NCBI GenBank assembly: GCA_028534125.1
Contig: CM052817.1
Coordinates: 83,764,001-83,828,000 of the forward strand
Source: Lama glama
Taxonomy: Eukaryota
Length of the DNA: 64,000 nucleotides
Direction: 5' to 3'
Shown here: positions 28,387-43,509 of the stretch, one piece after another
How the letters are laid out: each line of letters begins with the position of its first letter
Position numbering within the stretch: position 1 is the stretch's first letter
Position numbers and translations under genes: made by a program
The notes under the pieces: model-generated
Told to the model about the DNA's origin: nothing
The model's input: the letters and a program-made list of their open reading frames with translations, nothing else
Database searches by the model: none

Positions 28387-30332
28387 TGAGCACTGAAGGG
28401 GGTTGTACAGTGTTGGGGGGATAAAAAGATCTAGGGAATCTGGTTGTTTAAAAATTCGCTTTAGGTATGGAATTAATTTTAGTTCTGATGAAAGCAGAAA
28501 CAGACTCTATAAACTTCTGTTCCAATTATGAAGTAATATTATTTTTTGTATGATTTATATAGGCATGATTATACTACTTACTCCACAGTTATATCTCAGG
28601 TATTAGATTTAATATTTTATTAAAAGTTGATTATAGAACTTAAATCTCAACTATAAATGCCTTATTCTGCTATTAGGTTGGTGAAGATAGCTAATTTGGA
28701 GAATACTTTTCATTTTCTCTTCTTTCCATCCCCAGTACCACGAACCTTTTTTTACCTTTGCTTTCTAGAGTGTACTGAAATGGCCTCCTGCTTGCTTTCT
28801 CATCTAGTATTTTCTCTCCTTACTCTTTTTCTTAACAGTTTTTTTCCACACCATAACTAGAGTGATCTTCCTAAATCTGACCTCTGCTTTCTCCTGCTTA
28901 AAACCTGCCAAAGGCTTGAACTGGGCTCTAGCTCTGTCAGGTGCCAGCATCCATCTAGTGCCCCCTCATTCCCTTTTACATAGCCCAAATAACAGCTTGC
29001 CCTTCTGGTTCCAGATTAGAGCTTACTTCCTATGAGAAGCTCTTCCTGATTCCCAGTCTTACTCCAGAATATACTTCATCTTTCAGTAACATGTACTTTT
29101 TCATTGTACTGTGATTACTTGTTTAGCAGTCTGTTTTCTCCATAAAGCAGTTGGTTAACTGAGGGCCAGAAATATGCTCTGGTTCATTTCCTGGACACAT
29201 TAGTCATTCAGTGTATATATATATATACACACACACACACACATACACATATATATATGTATTCTGTAAGTCATTTGAATTATAAAATTAAGTTTAAAAG
29301 TTTACTCAAATTTAAAGCAAATACCAAAGAGTAAAGCTGATAAAATTAGCTTCAAAGACTCAAATTAAAAAAAAAAATACAGACAGTGAAACCTAAAGGT
29401 GGGAAAAGATTTATTTTCTACCTAATAATGTTTCCATTGTTATGACCTAGGTCAGGGCCTTATAACTCTCAGCTGGACTACTTCTTATTAACTAATTTCC
29501 CTACCTCAAATAGCACCCTTTCTAATCAATCTTATAAAGAAAGTACTATCAATTTAGCTTCATTGAATCACTTCTTTGACAATGACAGTTCTTTGCTCAG
29601 GTCTCTTTAGTAATTCCCCATTATCTACAGAACAGAGGGACCTCAAATCTGATTCTGATCAATCTTTCTAGCCCTCCCTATCTCCCCTACCCCTGACCAC
29701 ATGTGTTCTATTGACCAGCCTAGCTGAAGTATGTTGGCTGTTTCCCTACCAGACTCTGTGTTCCTCACCATCTTGCCTTTGATCATACTGTCTTTATACG
29801 GAAGACAAGACTCTAACTTCCCTTTCCCCTAAAAGACTCAAGCCTTTTCATGAAGCTTCTGATTCCTCTAGCCAAAAATAACTTTTCCCTTCTCTAAACA
29901 CACACATTACATTATTTTATATCAGTTATATAATCTGCTCTATAGTTCACCAAATTCTCCACATCTTTCAGTCAACTTTAAAAGTCTGAGATTTTATAGT
30001 TATGATTTTGCTCTACCTGAGCACGTCACTTAGGTAGTGAGTGTGCTTAGCCTGCTGTGCAGCATCTATACCTCAGCATGTTTGCTCTATATTTACCCAA
30101 TAGAAAATGGCTTTTTGTGAAGGGTCTGGTGGTTACTTAAAATTTCCTAATACATTTTATTGCTGTTTCAGGGGGAAGTTATATGTTGTGGTTGAATTTG
30201 TGACTTGGGAATTTGGCGAGGTTGCTAGTCATTCTCACAAGTGTTTAGAGACTTTGAGTTCATGTCTTACCTAACCAACTACTAAACAAAATACTTCTTA
30301 ATACTAAATATTTTTCATTTGAACGAATGTAA

Positions 30333-30461
<129 letters not shown>

Positions 30462-30509
30462 TAATTGCAGTTAATATTTAGATAGCTATATATAATTAAA
30501 GGTAATCGT

Positions 30510-31048
30510 TTGAGGAGGGTTTCCCAAACCACCCCCAGGTTTGGTGATTCACTGGAAGGAATCACAGGACTTAGTTTATAGTCATACTCACTACTAAAAC
30601 TTGATTTGCAGCAAAAAGATAAACTACAAAATCAGCCAAGGGAAAAGGCACACAGGCCAAGTCCAGAGGACACCAGGCATAAGCTTCCAATGGAGCCTCT
30701 CAAAATGTTTAATTCCTCCAGCAATGAGTTGTAACGATACATGTAAAATGTCCATCGGTGAAGTGCACTTGAGCCTAGGAGTCTAGGGTTTTTATCAGGG
30801 GTCAGTCACTTAGGCACCCTCTGCCTAGCATGTACCAGAGTTCTAGAAGGAAATCAGGTGTTCAGAAGAAACTACATTGTTTGTATGAGGAGTTTAGGCA
30901 CAGTAACCCACTTGATAATTTTTGGAATTTTGTATCAGAACTGTTCACTAGTCAAGTTCCCAGACTCTAGTTAAGGGCCAACCGTACAAGCAGACCTTTC
31001 TAAAGATATGAAATCTCAAACCTACTTTGTTAATTCTTTTCTGCACAG
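30510..31048. mobile_element. MER77/MER21-group LTR filling most of the intron
   Basis: 'accacccccaggtttggtgattcactggaaggaatcacaggact...aaaatcagccaagggaaaagg' and the terminus 'ttcttttctgcaca'. Confidence 0.65.
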
Positions 31049-31101
31049 TAATAATAATCAAATTATTGGACAAATTGCTTTATGGTATGATTTGATCTTA
31101 A

Positions 31102-31284
<183 letters not shown>

Positions 31285-33774
31285 TGAAAAGAATTGCAAA
31301 TTTTTTAAAAGGAGTAGTATTTTTCCTTTTAAAATTCTTCATTTTAAAATAAAATATGGATACAGAAAATCATGAAAAGTAAATATATAGCTTACTACAT
31401 TTATTAAATGTCAAACATATTTGTAATTGTGTAGAGTAGAACTTGACCACCCAGCTCAGAACTTAACCACCCAACCCAGAAACCACTTTCATGTGTCCAA
31501 ATCAAAAGGTCCTCCTCCTCCTAATATTTATTATCTGATTTTTATAGTAATTACTTCCTTTGTCTTGAAAATAATTTTATTGTCCAAATGTGCATCCCTA
31601 GACACTATTTTTTATATTTGATGTATCTTTTAAGTATCTTTTAATCTATAAATTGCCTTTCATCTCTTTCTTTTCCTTATAATTTATGCGTTGAAGAACT
31701 TGGGCTGTTTACCTGTAGAGCTTCTCACAGTCTAGATTTTTCTGTTTGCATTCTCATGGTACAGTTTTAGTGCGTTCGTCCACGCTCTATATTGCCTGTA
31801 AATTGGCAACTAGTTCTAGAGGCTTGATTAAACTCAGTTTTTATTTCTTTGGTAAGAGTGTAGGAAGCACATAACGTGGGTTCTCTTTTTTTGTGGTGTA
31901 AGCAGCATTTGATGCTTAATGCTTATGTCTTAATTCATTGAGGGTTGCAAAATGCTGATACTCTATGTCATTTCTTTTTCATTTATTAATTTGAATACTT
32001 TTATTAAAAGGCACTTTCCTTACCTATTAATTGATTATATCATAGTTCAGTTCATATAAGAAAAGTAGGATAAATGCTTAATTCCTTCCCTTAATTTACC
32101 AGTTTTCAGGATAATGAATAGTTCCCTAAGGTGACCAATTGTTTCCATAAATTTTTTTCTATGAATTTTAAAACTTTGCACATTCAGTTTGAAAGTTACC
32201 AAGAATCTCAAGAAATCTCAAAAAGAAAAGGAATTTTTCTACTTTCAGTAAGGACTTTGAAAACTTAGCATGCATTTTCTTAAGAGAGGTTCATAAATTT
32301 TGGTTGTCTGAAATGGCAATGTATTCTTATCCAGCACTTTTTCTCTGTGCCTCACTCTTGGTGGTTGTATCCAAGAGTCCATTTGTCTCAATTAGAACTA
32401 GTTCAGAGTAATGAATATTCAAGAAATGTCAAGATGGCTTCTTTCTTTTTTTTGTTTTAAAAATTGTGTTTTCCCAATCAAAAATGTTAAGTTTGTTGGG
32501 GAACCACTCTGAGTAATTCTAGGATGCTTTGAGCTTACATTTCCTGATAGTACTAAACTTCCTTTCCTTCCTTTTTATGTTCCTGTAATCTGAATGGGTT
32601 TAGTGATTTGTTCTGTTAATAAGGTTTTTTTTTTTCCCTTGCTTTCAACCAATTTTTCATTCTTAATTTTGTAAATAGGTTGTTTGGTCATATAGCTCAA
32701 GCATCAAAAAGTATAAAAAGATATATAGTGAAACAATTCCTACCTCTTCCCAATTTGCCCTCAACAAATAACCCACTATATCATTTACCATTTCAAGGAA
32801 TTTTTCAAACGAATAGAAATATGAATTTTTTTCTCTTCCCTTTTTTAATGGTCTATACACAGATGTTTCCTTTTTCTTTTTCACTGCTGCATAACAGCCT
32901 ATTTTATGGATGGATGTACCATGATTTATTAACCAGTATCATGTTGATGGGCATTTATGTTGTTTTTCATCTTTCACTATTATCAGTGCTGCAATGAGTA
33001 GCTTTGTATATACATCATTTCACAAGTGTAAATTCCTGAAATGTTGCTGAGCAGAAGGATATATGCATTTGTAATGTTAGATTTTGTCTAATTCTAGTTG
33101 TGTGAATTTACAGCAGGAACTTGTGTGTCTGTTTCAGTGTTATCAGACTTCCATGGTTTTTCAGTCAACCAAATAGTGAAAGTTTTATTTAATTTACTTT
33201 TTTAAATTTATTTTTTTAATTTAACTGAAATTGAACATGTTTATTAGTCTAAGGGCAATTTGTATTTCATTTCTTGTAACTTTTATGCATATCCTTTGGT
33301 CATTTTTTCTATTGTGGTTTTGGGCCTTTTATTCACTTCTAGCTCTTAATAAATTAAAGCAGTTAGCTCTTTGTCTTGTAAGTTGCAAATATATTCTCCC
33401 AGGCTGTCATTCTTTTATTTTGATTTTGCTTGTAGTATCTGGCAAAGTTTATTTTTACTTAAATTATGTTGTATTTATAAGTCCTTAAACTTAGTACATA
33501 CTTTCAAGATTTTTAACAGTTAATATTTTTTCCGTGATAATTTTTAATTCTTCTTAGTTCAGCCTGAGAAAATGATTTAGGGTGGCTCATATATTACTTC
33601 CAGGAAGCACTCATGAGACTTTGGGAAGTTCTAATGTTAAGGGGAATTATGGATTTCAATACTTTGTTAGTAAAAACATGATGCAGGCTAAGTGATAGTC
33701 TTTACTGTTTTGTAGGAAACATTTAGCAATAAAGTATAAATTATGTATCTTAGTCCTCAGTTAAATTTTGACAT

Positions 33775-34225
33775 CTCTTTTTAATTGTGGTAAAATATAT
33801 ATAAAATAGAATTTACCATCTTAACTATTTTTAAGCGTACAACTCAGTACTATTAAGTACATTTACATTGTTGTGTAGCTATCACCTCCATACATTACCA
33901 CCATCCATCTCCAGAACTTTTTCATCATTCTAAAGTGAAACTGTACCCATTAAACAAAACTCTCTATTCGCCCTCTCCCCAGCCCCTGGCAACCACCATT
34001 CTACTTTCTGTCACCATTAATTTGACTACTGTAGATATCTTATAAATCTGTAGAATCATACAGTATTGTCTGTTTGTGTCTGGCTTATTCATTTAGCATA
34101 ATGTCTTCAAAGTTCATCCACGTTGTAGAATGTGTCAAAATTTCATTCCCTTTTAAGACTGAGTAATAATTATTGTATGTATATGCCACATGTTGTTTAT
34201 CCATTTTTCATTGATGGACATTTAT
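33775..34225 (-). mobile_element. Old L1 (L1MB-like) 3' fragment
   Basis: Same family of antisense 3' end as the 9165 element. Confidence 0.8.
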
Positions 34226-34277
34226 GTTTTCTCTTTGTTTTAACAAGGTTGTTAAATAAAATCCTATTTTATATTAA

Positions 34278-34721
<444 letters not shown>

Positions 34722-35086
34722 TGAAAATCATGCTCATAATATGTGAAATATTTTAAGGATGCTTTACAAGATAATTTCATATTTTCATGAGTATATTTAT
34801 TGTTGGTTCTACAATGTGTTTTCTAAGATAAGTTGGTTATTTAAATGTGTCATATTTAAATTTTATCCATGAAACTCTTAAGACCATTTTATCCACTAAA
34901 AACATTGAGTTTGTATCTTCTTTAGAATATTTATCTCATTGTATTAGAGTTGAATATTATAATGTTATGGTATAATATAGTTGATTTTCAGCTTAATCAA
35001 AAGTTTTAGTTTGGCAAATGTTTTACTTACTGCATTGTATGGTATATTTTTTTAATATGATTACTAGTATTTATATAAAATTCTGA

Positions 35087-35299
<213 letters not shown>

Positions 35300-36833
35300 T
35301 AAGATGATTGTTCTAACAGGTATCTACTTATTTGTGCTTGTTTTGGGGATTTTTTTTGGCTCAACAAATATAAAAGATTGGATATTTTTATTATATATTT
35401 TAGTTCTCTTATTTCCTCCCTGCCTCTCTCAAGTTCTCACATTGTGATAATGTTTCCTATCTCATCCTTTTATTTTCTTTTTTATTCTAGAGAACTGAGA
35501 AATAGCATGTGACAGGCATGCTTTATTGTGTGTCTTTTACCCTCTTCAAATATTAATGGCCAGGTATTTTACAGTGTAGGGAGGAACACCAGGGTTTATA
35601 AAACTGGCTTTGGTTCATCATGATTTTTTCACTCCACTCTGATGGTTTTCTCTCAGAGTGACCTGAACATCTATGGAATAATCTAGCAGTTTTTCAGTAG
35701 CTAAGTGAATACTGAACCTTAAATGAAAAGTGAAATACAGTTATTTTATTGTTAATGACCTTATATGACTCCAACATGTTCGAACTTATAAAAACTTTTA
35801 TGCTTTTATTCTAGTTTTTTGATATCCTATTTTATTTCTACTTCTATTCAAATTTGATGGTAACAAGTATCACTGGAGGATTTATCATTAATGGTTAAAT
35901 AAATTAGTTCACATAAAGTACAGAGATCAGAGCCCTGTGCATAAGTGTTCCAGAACTGCCAGCTGGATAGCCATAAATAGAAGAATTGTGTGCTGCATGT
36001 TTGACATGTTTTAGCTCTTTTTATCTAAGAAATAATTCTTTGTATGTTTTTGCTTACGAGTTCAGTTTATAGATGTCACCTTTTTGAGGTACAGGCTAAT
36101 GCTTCAAGTCTGTAATGTCTTTTTACAGTATGATCTTTTAAAAAATACTCATTTAGCATATGAGTTCCCATTAGTTGGTGAGTGAGCAGACTGCTTACCC
36201 AATACTCAAGTGACCCTCTGGCACAGCAAAACTAAAACAAAAAACAAACAAAAATTGTGAGTACTTAGGGTTGCTCGGGTTGCTCAAGAGTCTAAAGTTC
36301 TGTTATACATGTGAATGCAGAGAGCCCACATGCTTACTTTAGTAAATTTTTATCAAATTTCCTTTATTCTTTTATGTATCTACATGGGCATGTGGCTGAG
36401 AGGCGTTAGGAAGAATAGATGTCATCAAAGGCAGCTATAAAAACTCATAAGTGCTCATTTGAAGGCTTCATTTGAGGAAGAGATAAATGTTAGCTATTAA
36501 TGTGTGCCAAGTACTAGGGCAATTGCTTCATATGTTATTTTTAATATCGTCACAGAAACACAGGGAACAAAAAAGATTGAATAACTTGCTCAGTTGGAGT
36601 CACTATATGCTATCTGGCCTCTCCTACTCCCCTCTAGTCAGTTCAAAACCTAACAGAGTTTAGATGGCAGTGGAATAGTAAAATTTTATAAATTCAGTCT
36701 TTTCACTCACCAGATGTAAAAGTAAATCAAGCCACTCCTTTATGTGCTGTAATATTCTGTGGTAAGTTATTTCGGATTGATAATACAAGTTGAGTAAGAG
36801 ACTATTCAAATAATTAAAAAGGCATATAAAGCA

Positions 36834-36930
36834 GGGGGGAGGGTAGAGCACGTGCTTAGCATGCACGAGGTCCTGGGTTCAATCCTCAGTACCTTCTTCA
36901 TTAAACTTTTTTTAAATTAAAATAAATAAA
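36834..36930 (+). mobile_element. tRNA-derived SINE (Vic-1-like) with internal deletion
   Basis: 'ggggggagggtagagcacgtgcttagcatgcacgaggtcctgggttcaatcctcagtacc' with TSD ATTAAAA(A)GGCATATA. Confidence 0.88.
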
Positions 36931-37875
36931 CAGATTAAAAGGCATATATATACCTTTACTAACCCTGTACCATGTACACACGTACCAGATTGCAATCTTA
37001 GGCCTCATTTTACAAATTTTTGAGCCAAATAAGCATAAGCGTGATAGAAAGCTTTGTCCTCCCAACAAATTGGAAATCACAGTCTATTAGTAGGCACCAG
37101 TTTTAAAGATAATATCTTTTTAAGGATGTGGGGAAATGCCTAGTCAAATACAAATAAAATACAGAACTAATATGATCTCATGGTTATTATTTAAACTGGA
37201 TGAAAATACAGACATAAGCATTAAAAAAAAGAAAAAAGCCTGGAAGACAAGACTAACCACAGATACTTTAGAGTGATGGGATTATGACTTTTTTCCCCTT
37301 TTATATTTTTGGATTTTCTGAATATTCTACAATGAAAATGTATTTGACAATAGGAGAAACAGAAACAAAATAAGCCTTAAAAATAATATCTTGTGGACCG
37401 AGGCCAGATGAATTAAAGTATCTAGTGAAGTTAATGTAGGAAACTATGGCTTTTAAGTTCAGTTGCTATATCATAATCTATGAAGCAGACTGAATATTGT
37501 ATCTTGAAAAGTCACAAAGCTAGTTAGTTTTCAACAAATAACAAAATTAAAGAAACAGGTTCCTTTTTCATTTTATCATTTCATATTTCATACATAAATG
37601 TATACATATATAAATTTTAAGGCACAAAAAAGTGCTTCATAGAAAAAGGTGGTATTTATGAACTAGTCATCAGTTGGAAGTAGATTTGAAATTTTTCTTA
37701 GTGGTGAAGTTGCGTGGATCCAAACACCCACCCTGAAGTACCTGCCTCTTTCAAAGCTATTTGGAGAGGTCACACTGCAAGCCACAGGTCATTTGGAAAT
37801 AACTTATAGTAAAAGCACTGTCTGTCCCCCTTTTTTGCTAATTACTTGTAGTTTTTCTTTCATATTTAATTTTAG

Positions 37876-37927
37876 GCGAGCCATCTATGATGCATTTGAA
37901 CGCTTCCTCCATAAATACGCTAACTAA
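37876..37927 (+). CDS. ABHD18: ABHD18 last coding exon: RAIYDAFERFLHKYAN*
   Basis: ttttag acceptor and TAA at 37925-37927. The 12 coding exons sum to 1395 nt (464 aa plus stop). Confidence 0.95.
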
Positions 37928-40075
37928 TTGGATCACTGTATGTAATGAGTACAACCATCATGTTTCTTACAAAAGGAGTTTCATCCCTTGATGATGTGAA
38001 GAACAAACAGACAGCACTATATTGTCTAATTGCTATCAATGTAGTGTGGAATTCAGTGTTACAGATCAGTCAGCTATAATTTTTAAATACATTTGAATAA
38101 TTTTAAACCAATATTTGGATGACATAATGTTGAACTATTTTGTTACTGGTTGTGGAAATCCCATATACTCCATGTCTAGTCTGTTGTTACTATTTATGAA
38201 AACTGTACATTTTAAATTATGAATAATTTATTAATTTAAAATAAATGTATTCATATAAACCCTATTGGTTTTTAAAGAACTGCTAAATCAAGCTAAATTT
38301 GTAATACATCAGCCTGTATTGTACATACACCATGACATGATATTTCTATTATTGACTTGATTTGAGAAACATATTCACTTCTTTTATAGATCCATCATAA
38401 ATTTATAATCTTATATTCAATTTTAATTTTCTGCCATGGATACTTATGCTGTGTAAAATCAGTGCTAACTTTGAATTCTAAAAAATCCTGATGCTTTGTA
38501 CTTAAGTGCTTTTAATAATTAATTAAAATTGAGTATGAGAATGCAGGTACATAAGACTTGGCTAAACTTTACAACTTTGCCAAACATTAGGTTAGAAAAA
38601 GATGCCAAACATACATCTCCTACTTGAAAATTCATGATAAATGGAAATAATGAAAGACCTATTGCATTAACTGCCAAATAACTGTCTTCTAACATTTTCT
38701 TGTATACATACTCTGAGTTTGCTAAACATCTAACTTTAAGCCAAGTACTTAACATCTTTGGCTTTTTAATTTTAGAAATTAATGGCCACGCATGAAATTG
38801 ACTTGTCCCATATAAACTTTATTTTACAGAAAACATACAACTAGTAACTTTTTTAAATGGAAGATTTGGCTACATTTGGTGCTTTCTTTTCATGTTAAAC
38901 TTCTCAAGCCAAGAGCTAAAATGTTTTTAAAAAGTAGAAACTATTCTAGGTTTGGAATAAATGTATCTGAATTTTATTTGTTTGAGTATGTGTTGTCTAT
39001 GAGTTATTTTAAAATATATATTCCTAGTCCAGTAAGAATATTTGAATTATAAGGTGCCTTTGTAGCCTTTTTAAAGGAGATTTTATTTGTCCCTCTAATG
39101 CCTCCATTACCTTAATTTTTAAAAACTATTTTAAAATGATTAATGTGAAGTCATTGATGGCATACAAAGTTGTAAATTCTGTGAAACTGCATTGGCATAA
39201 TAAACAAACATGGTTACAGCCATTTGAGCTTTAGCAATTTTACATGTTCAGATTAGAACTTCTACTTTTCACTTAAGGTATGAAATCTACTAAAGTTCTT
39301 CAACAAAATACCCTTTAAAAAGTTAAAGTAAAACTTGTTAACTGATGTATTTAGTGAAGTGATTGAATGTTTCTAAACAATGGCTTTAGTAAAACCAGTA
39401 CTTTATTTTTTACATAAATATTTCCTATTAAGCAATAATGTACTAGGGTATGTGGTTTTCTATTGGTTAATGAATGAAATTTCATTTCAGTTTAATTCAC
39501 TCTTGGGCATAACTAATTTCTCCCAAGTAAATGTGAAAGAAGGTATTTTTACAATTTCTTCTTTTAACCAGATGTTTTAAGAACATATCCACACAACTAC
39601 CTAAAGAAGTGCTGTCTGCCATTTTAAAGATTGGGTACATATATTGCTAGAAATTCATTTGGGGCAGAATTGCAAACAGGCAGTAAACTCAGAACAGCTT
39701 GGCCCACAGTTTTATTTGATGTGCATAATATTTTAAAAAATCTTGAATTTGAACAGTCTTTAGATTGGGCATGCATTCCTCAGTATGACATAGGCTACCA
39801 GACTCCCTCTTATATCAGACAACTATTTTGTGTTTCCCACTAGTCTTGAAGACATCTGAGCTTGAAACCCCAATTTAGATTTGTGCTTTAAAAAGTTTCT
39901 GAATTTCATGATTTGATAATGTTGTGACTACTATTAAATCATTTTAGCATATGCATTTTACATTATTTCTTATGAATGTAATTTTTCAATGTGGTGCTTT
40001 CTCTTGTAAAGATGATTGAATTATTAACTCTGTAACTGAATTTTTAAAATCATTTCCAAATATTTTATATTTCAT

Positions 40076-40081
40076 AATAAA
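40076..40081 (+). terminator. Candidate distal poly(A) signal of ABHD18
   Basis: AATAAA at the end of a roughly 2.1-kb AT-rich, repeat-poor stretch after the stop, followed by U/GU-rich sequence. Other AATAAA hexamers occur upstream. Confidence 0.45.
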
Positions 40082-40139
40082 AGTCTCTTTAAAAAATTAC
40101 TTGTTATGTTCAAGGGGTATTATTCTATGTAAATTCATG

Positions 40140-40340
40140 CACCCACTATGGAAAATGGTTAAGAAACTAAAAATAGAGTTGCCATATGATCCAGTGGTCC
40201 CACTCCTGGGCATAGATCCAGAGAAAATTATAATGCAAAAAGTTACATGCACCCCAATGCAGCATTGTTTACAACAGCCAGGACATAGAAACAACCAAAA
40301 TGTCCATCAACAGACAAATGGATAAAAAAAGATGTGGTAT

Positions 40341-40388
<48 letters not shown>

Positions 40389-40760
40389 AAATACTACTCA
40401 GCCATAAAAAAGAACAACGTTTTGCCATTTGCAGCAACATGGATGGACTTAAAGGCCATTACGCTAAGTGAAAAAATTCAGACAAAGACATACACTGTAT
40501 GATACCACTTATACATGGAATCTAAAAAGTACAACAAACTAGTGAATATAACAAAAAAAGAAGCAGACTTGCAGATACAGGAAACAACTTGTGGTTACCA
40601 GTTGCGGGGTGGAGAGGCAACTTAGGGGGTGAGGGAGTGTGAGGTACAAACTATTAGGTTTAAGACAGGCTCAAGAATTTATTGTACAACACCAGAAATA
40701 TGGCCAATATTTTGTAATAACTGTAAATGGAAAGTAACCTTTAAAAATTATAAAAATAAT
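40140..40760 (+). mobile_element. L1 3' end with internal (CA)n (about 40345-40386)
   Basis: ORF2 C-terminus-like 'PLWKMVKKLKIELPYDPVVPLLGIDPEK', followed by 3' UTR and an A-rich end. Confidence 0.88.
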
Positions 40761-41224
40761 TTTAAATGCTGTTATTTTTTCCTTTTCTTTGAGATTAATG
40801 GCTTGTGATAAATTTCTAGGAGTGGGATAATTTAGGCTAAAATACCTAAATATTTCCATGGTGGCAAACCTTGTGACAAACTGATGCTTTGAATGTTACA
40901 GATACAGCATATCTTAAAGTATTTATTGTTTTAGCATAAAGTCTGGAATTCCGACAAACATTACTCCTATAAAAAAGTGGCAAAGCCCTTTTCCACAATT
41001 TAGCTTATCTGCCCTGATTTCAGCCACCTGCCTTCTTATGGCAGGTGAAACTCAGATGTACTGGAAAATACATGAAACAGAAATAAATTAATGTACTCAT
41101 TTCAAAAGCTTCCCGAAAACCATGACAAAGCACTCTATATTTTAAGATCAAGAAAGAATAGCAAGTTGCAGAATTGGTGTAAATTCCAATCTTTCAGGGA
41201 AAGTTTTCCAAACTCCAGTTAGAA

Positions 41225-42690
41225 GTGAGATGTCCAAGGATTGCTCTAAAGATAAAGCAGCCAACAAGGAGTAAAGTAAGAGGCATTATGACAAGGATAA
41301 ATCTCAAAAGAGGACAGCATTTCCAAGAGTAGCAGCAGTACCAGTTCTTGGTCTAGGTCCACCTACAGCCCCAGCTCCAGCTCCTCCTCCACGTCAACTG
41401 CTAGGAAAGTTCCAGCATGTCCCGCACCTCTGGCTCCAGCAGCTCCTCTGCCGCTCAAGTCCTCCTCAGCACAGACATGACAACAGGCAGTATTCCTGCT
41501 CCCAACCCAAACCACCCAGAGATGAAAAAGGAAGGAAAAGGCGGAGACCTTTCCCTAAACCCACCAAAGTGCACACTGGGACGCTCACTGGGAAAGCGAC
41601 CAAGGATTCTGTCAAGAAGATAGTCTCCACCTGTGGGAAAATTAAAATAATTAACATGCTTGTAGAAAGGAAGCATTCCAATCTATCTGAAGTCCACACA
41701 TACATAGAGTCTGAGAATCCAGTTGAAGTGGAGAAGACCCTGAAGCATATGAATGCAGCATAAATTGATGGCCAGGGGATCACAGCCACCGCTGTGCCTA
41801 CGCCACCCCCCAGGCGATTTAGCCCTTCTGGGAGAATGCTGCCACTGACTCCCAGGTGGCACAGGTCACACTCCCCAAGGCTCAAGTCTCTGTGAACCAG
41901 AGACCCCTCTTCCCTGGCCACACCACAGGAGCTGCTCCAACTCCAATTCCTCTCGATAAGCAGGGCCACCAAAGCTCAGTCCCCCTGTGATTTATATCCC
42001 ACGCAACTCAGTTTTGACACTTTTCTTGCAAAGGGGGACTGATAGGAAAGAAGTCCTCTAGAGGCAGGCTTCTAAGGCAGCAACTGAGACGTTTCCTCTG
42101 AAGGGTGAGTTCTGGCTGCAGGAGTGTTGTTGGTTTGGGGTTGGGCCTCCAATTTCCTGGCTAGAAATCACAGGCATTTCCAGCTCCTGTGACAGAGAGG
42201 GTTCAGTGGCAAAGCAAGGAGGGACAAACAAGGCTCCAAGTGGCAGTGTTGCCCCAGTGCAGGTGCACATTTTACCTTCCTGTAGATGACCTGGGGCCAG
42301 ATCGATGGCCTGGTCATACCTTTGCTTGTTACCCTAAGAGATCCTTCAGGAAAAGGGGGCAAGCTTTGGTACAGCTGCCTTTTCTGTTAGGTCTGGCCCC
42401 TTGTTCCCCTGCTTGAGTCCTTATCTGATCTCTAGGGTCAAATACCTGGAGAAGAGCCTCTCTCTGTCACCCCATGTTCATTAACATCAGTGGTTCTGTT
42501 TTTACGTGTACTCATGTGCACATACCCTCACCTCACATCCCCCTTTCTCTCTCTCGAAACCTGTGAGCAGGTTGAGAGCCAGCTCTGCAGAGTCATCATA
42601 GACCCCCATATTGTAGCTGATATACATGGTGGTCCTACAGGTTACTTTGGCGACATGTACACTGTTTTGGCTTTTACTGTATGGTCAGCA
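41225..42690 (+). pseudogene. RNPS1: RNPS1 processed pseudogene (5'-truncated, disrupted)
   Basis: Intronless Ser-rich region, then a decayed RRM 'KPTKVHTGTLTGKATKDSVKKIVSTCGKIKIINMLVERKHSNLSEVHTYIESENPVEVEKTLKHMNAA*IDGQGITATAV', then '..HRSCSNSNSSR*' (TAA 41957-41959) and 3' UTR-like sequence. The right boundary is uncertain. Confidence 0.9.
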
Positions 42691-43285
42691 CAACAGGAGA
42701 AAGGACTGGAGGCTGAATTAATTACCAATGGCCAACGATTTAATCAATCATAGCTAAGTGATGAAACCTCCAGAAAAAGACCCTAAACAGTGGGATACAG
42801 AGAGCATCTGGGTTGGCAAACACATCAAGGTGCTGGGAGGGAGGGTGACATGCTGGGAGAGGGTGTGGAAGCGCTGAGTCCCTCCTCCCCCAAACTTTGC
42901 CCTGTGCATCTCTTTCACCTGGCTGTTCCTGAGTTGTATCCTTTACAGTAAACCAGCAAATGTAAATAAAAGTGCTTCCCTGAGTTCTGTGAGCCAGTCC
43001 AGCAAATTATCAAACCTAAGGAGGGGAACCTCTGACTTGTAGTGGGCTGGGCAAAAGTGTGGATGGCCTGGGTACCCCTTTTGTGGCTGATGTCGGAAAT
43101 GAGGGCAAGCTTATAGGTCTGAGCCTTTTAACTTATGAGGTCAGACTCTAACCTCATAAGTTAAAGGACTCTATTAACTAACTTTGGGTAGTTAATGTCA
43201 GAGTTGAATTGAATTGTTGGACACCCAGTTGGTACAGGAAAATCAGAAAACTGGACAATTGGAGGCTGGTGTCAGAAAACACTCC
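42690..43285 (+). mobile_element. MER21-like LTR
   Basis: 'ccaatggccaacgatttaatcaatcat...catctctttcacctggctgttcctgagttgtatcctttacagtaaacc...tgtcagagttgaattgaattg'. Confidence 0.75.
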
Positions 43286-43509
43286 AGATCTATCGTCAAA
43301 ATCTCTTCCAAATATTCATCTGTTAATGCTGATCTGTAATGAAACTTTACGTATTTCAACTCTGAAAATGCCTTTTCATGAAGATAGATACTGCCAAATA
43401 ACTGATAGCAATTTAAAGCAAGTGCTTTTAATTAAACACATTTATCATTGTTTGGAAGGCATTTATAGAATTCTATTAGTCTTCTCTTGCTATCTGCCTT
43501 TTAGCAATA

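Noticed and set aside
41466..41972. 168-aa minus-strand ORF
   Set aside because: Antisense shadow of the RNPS1 retrocopy.
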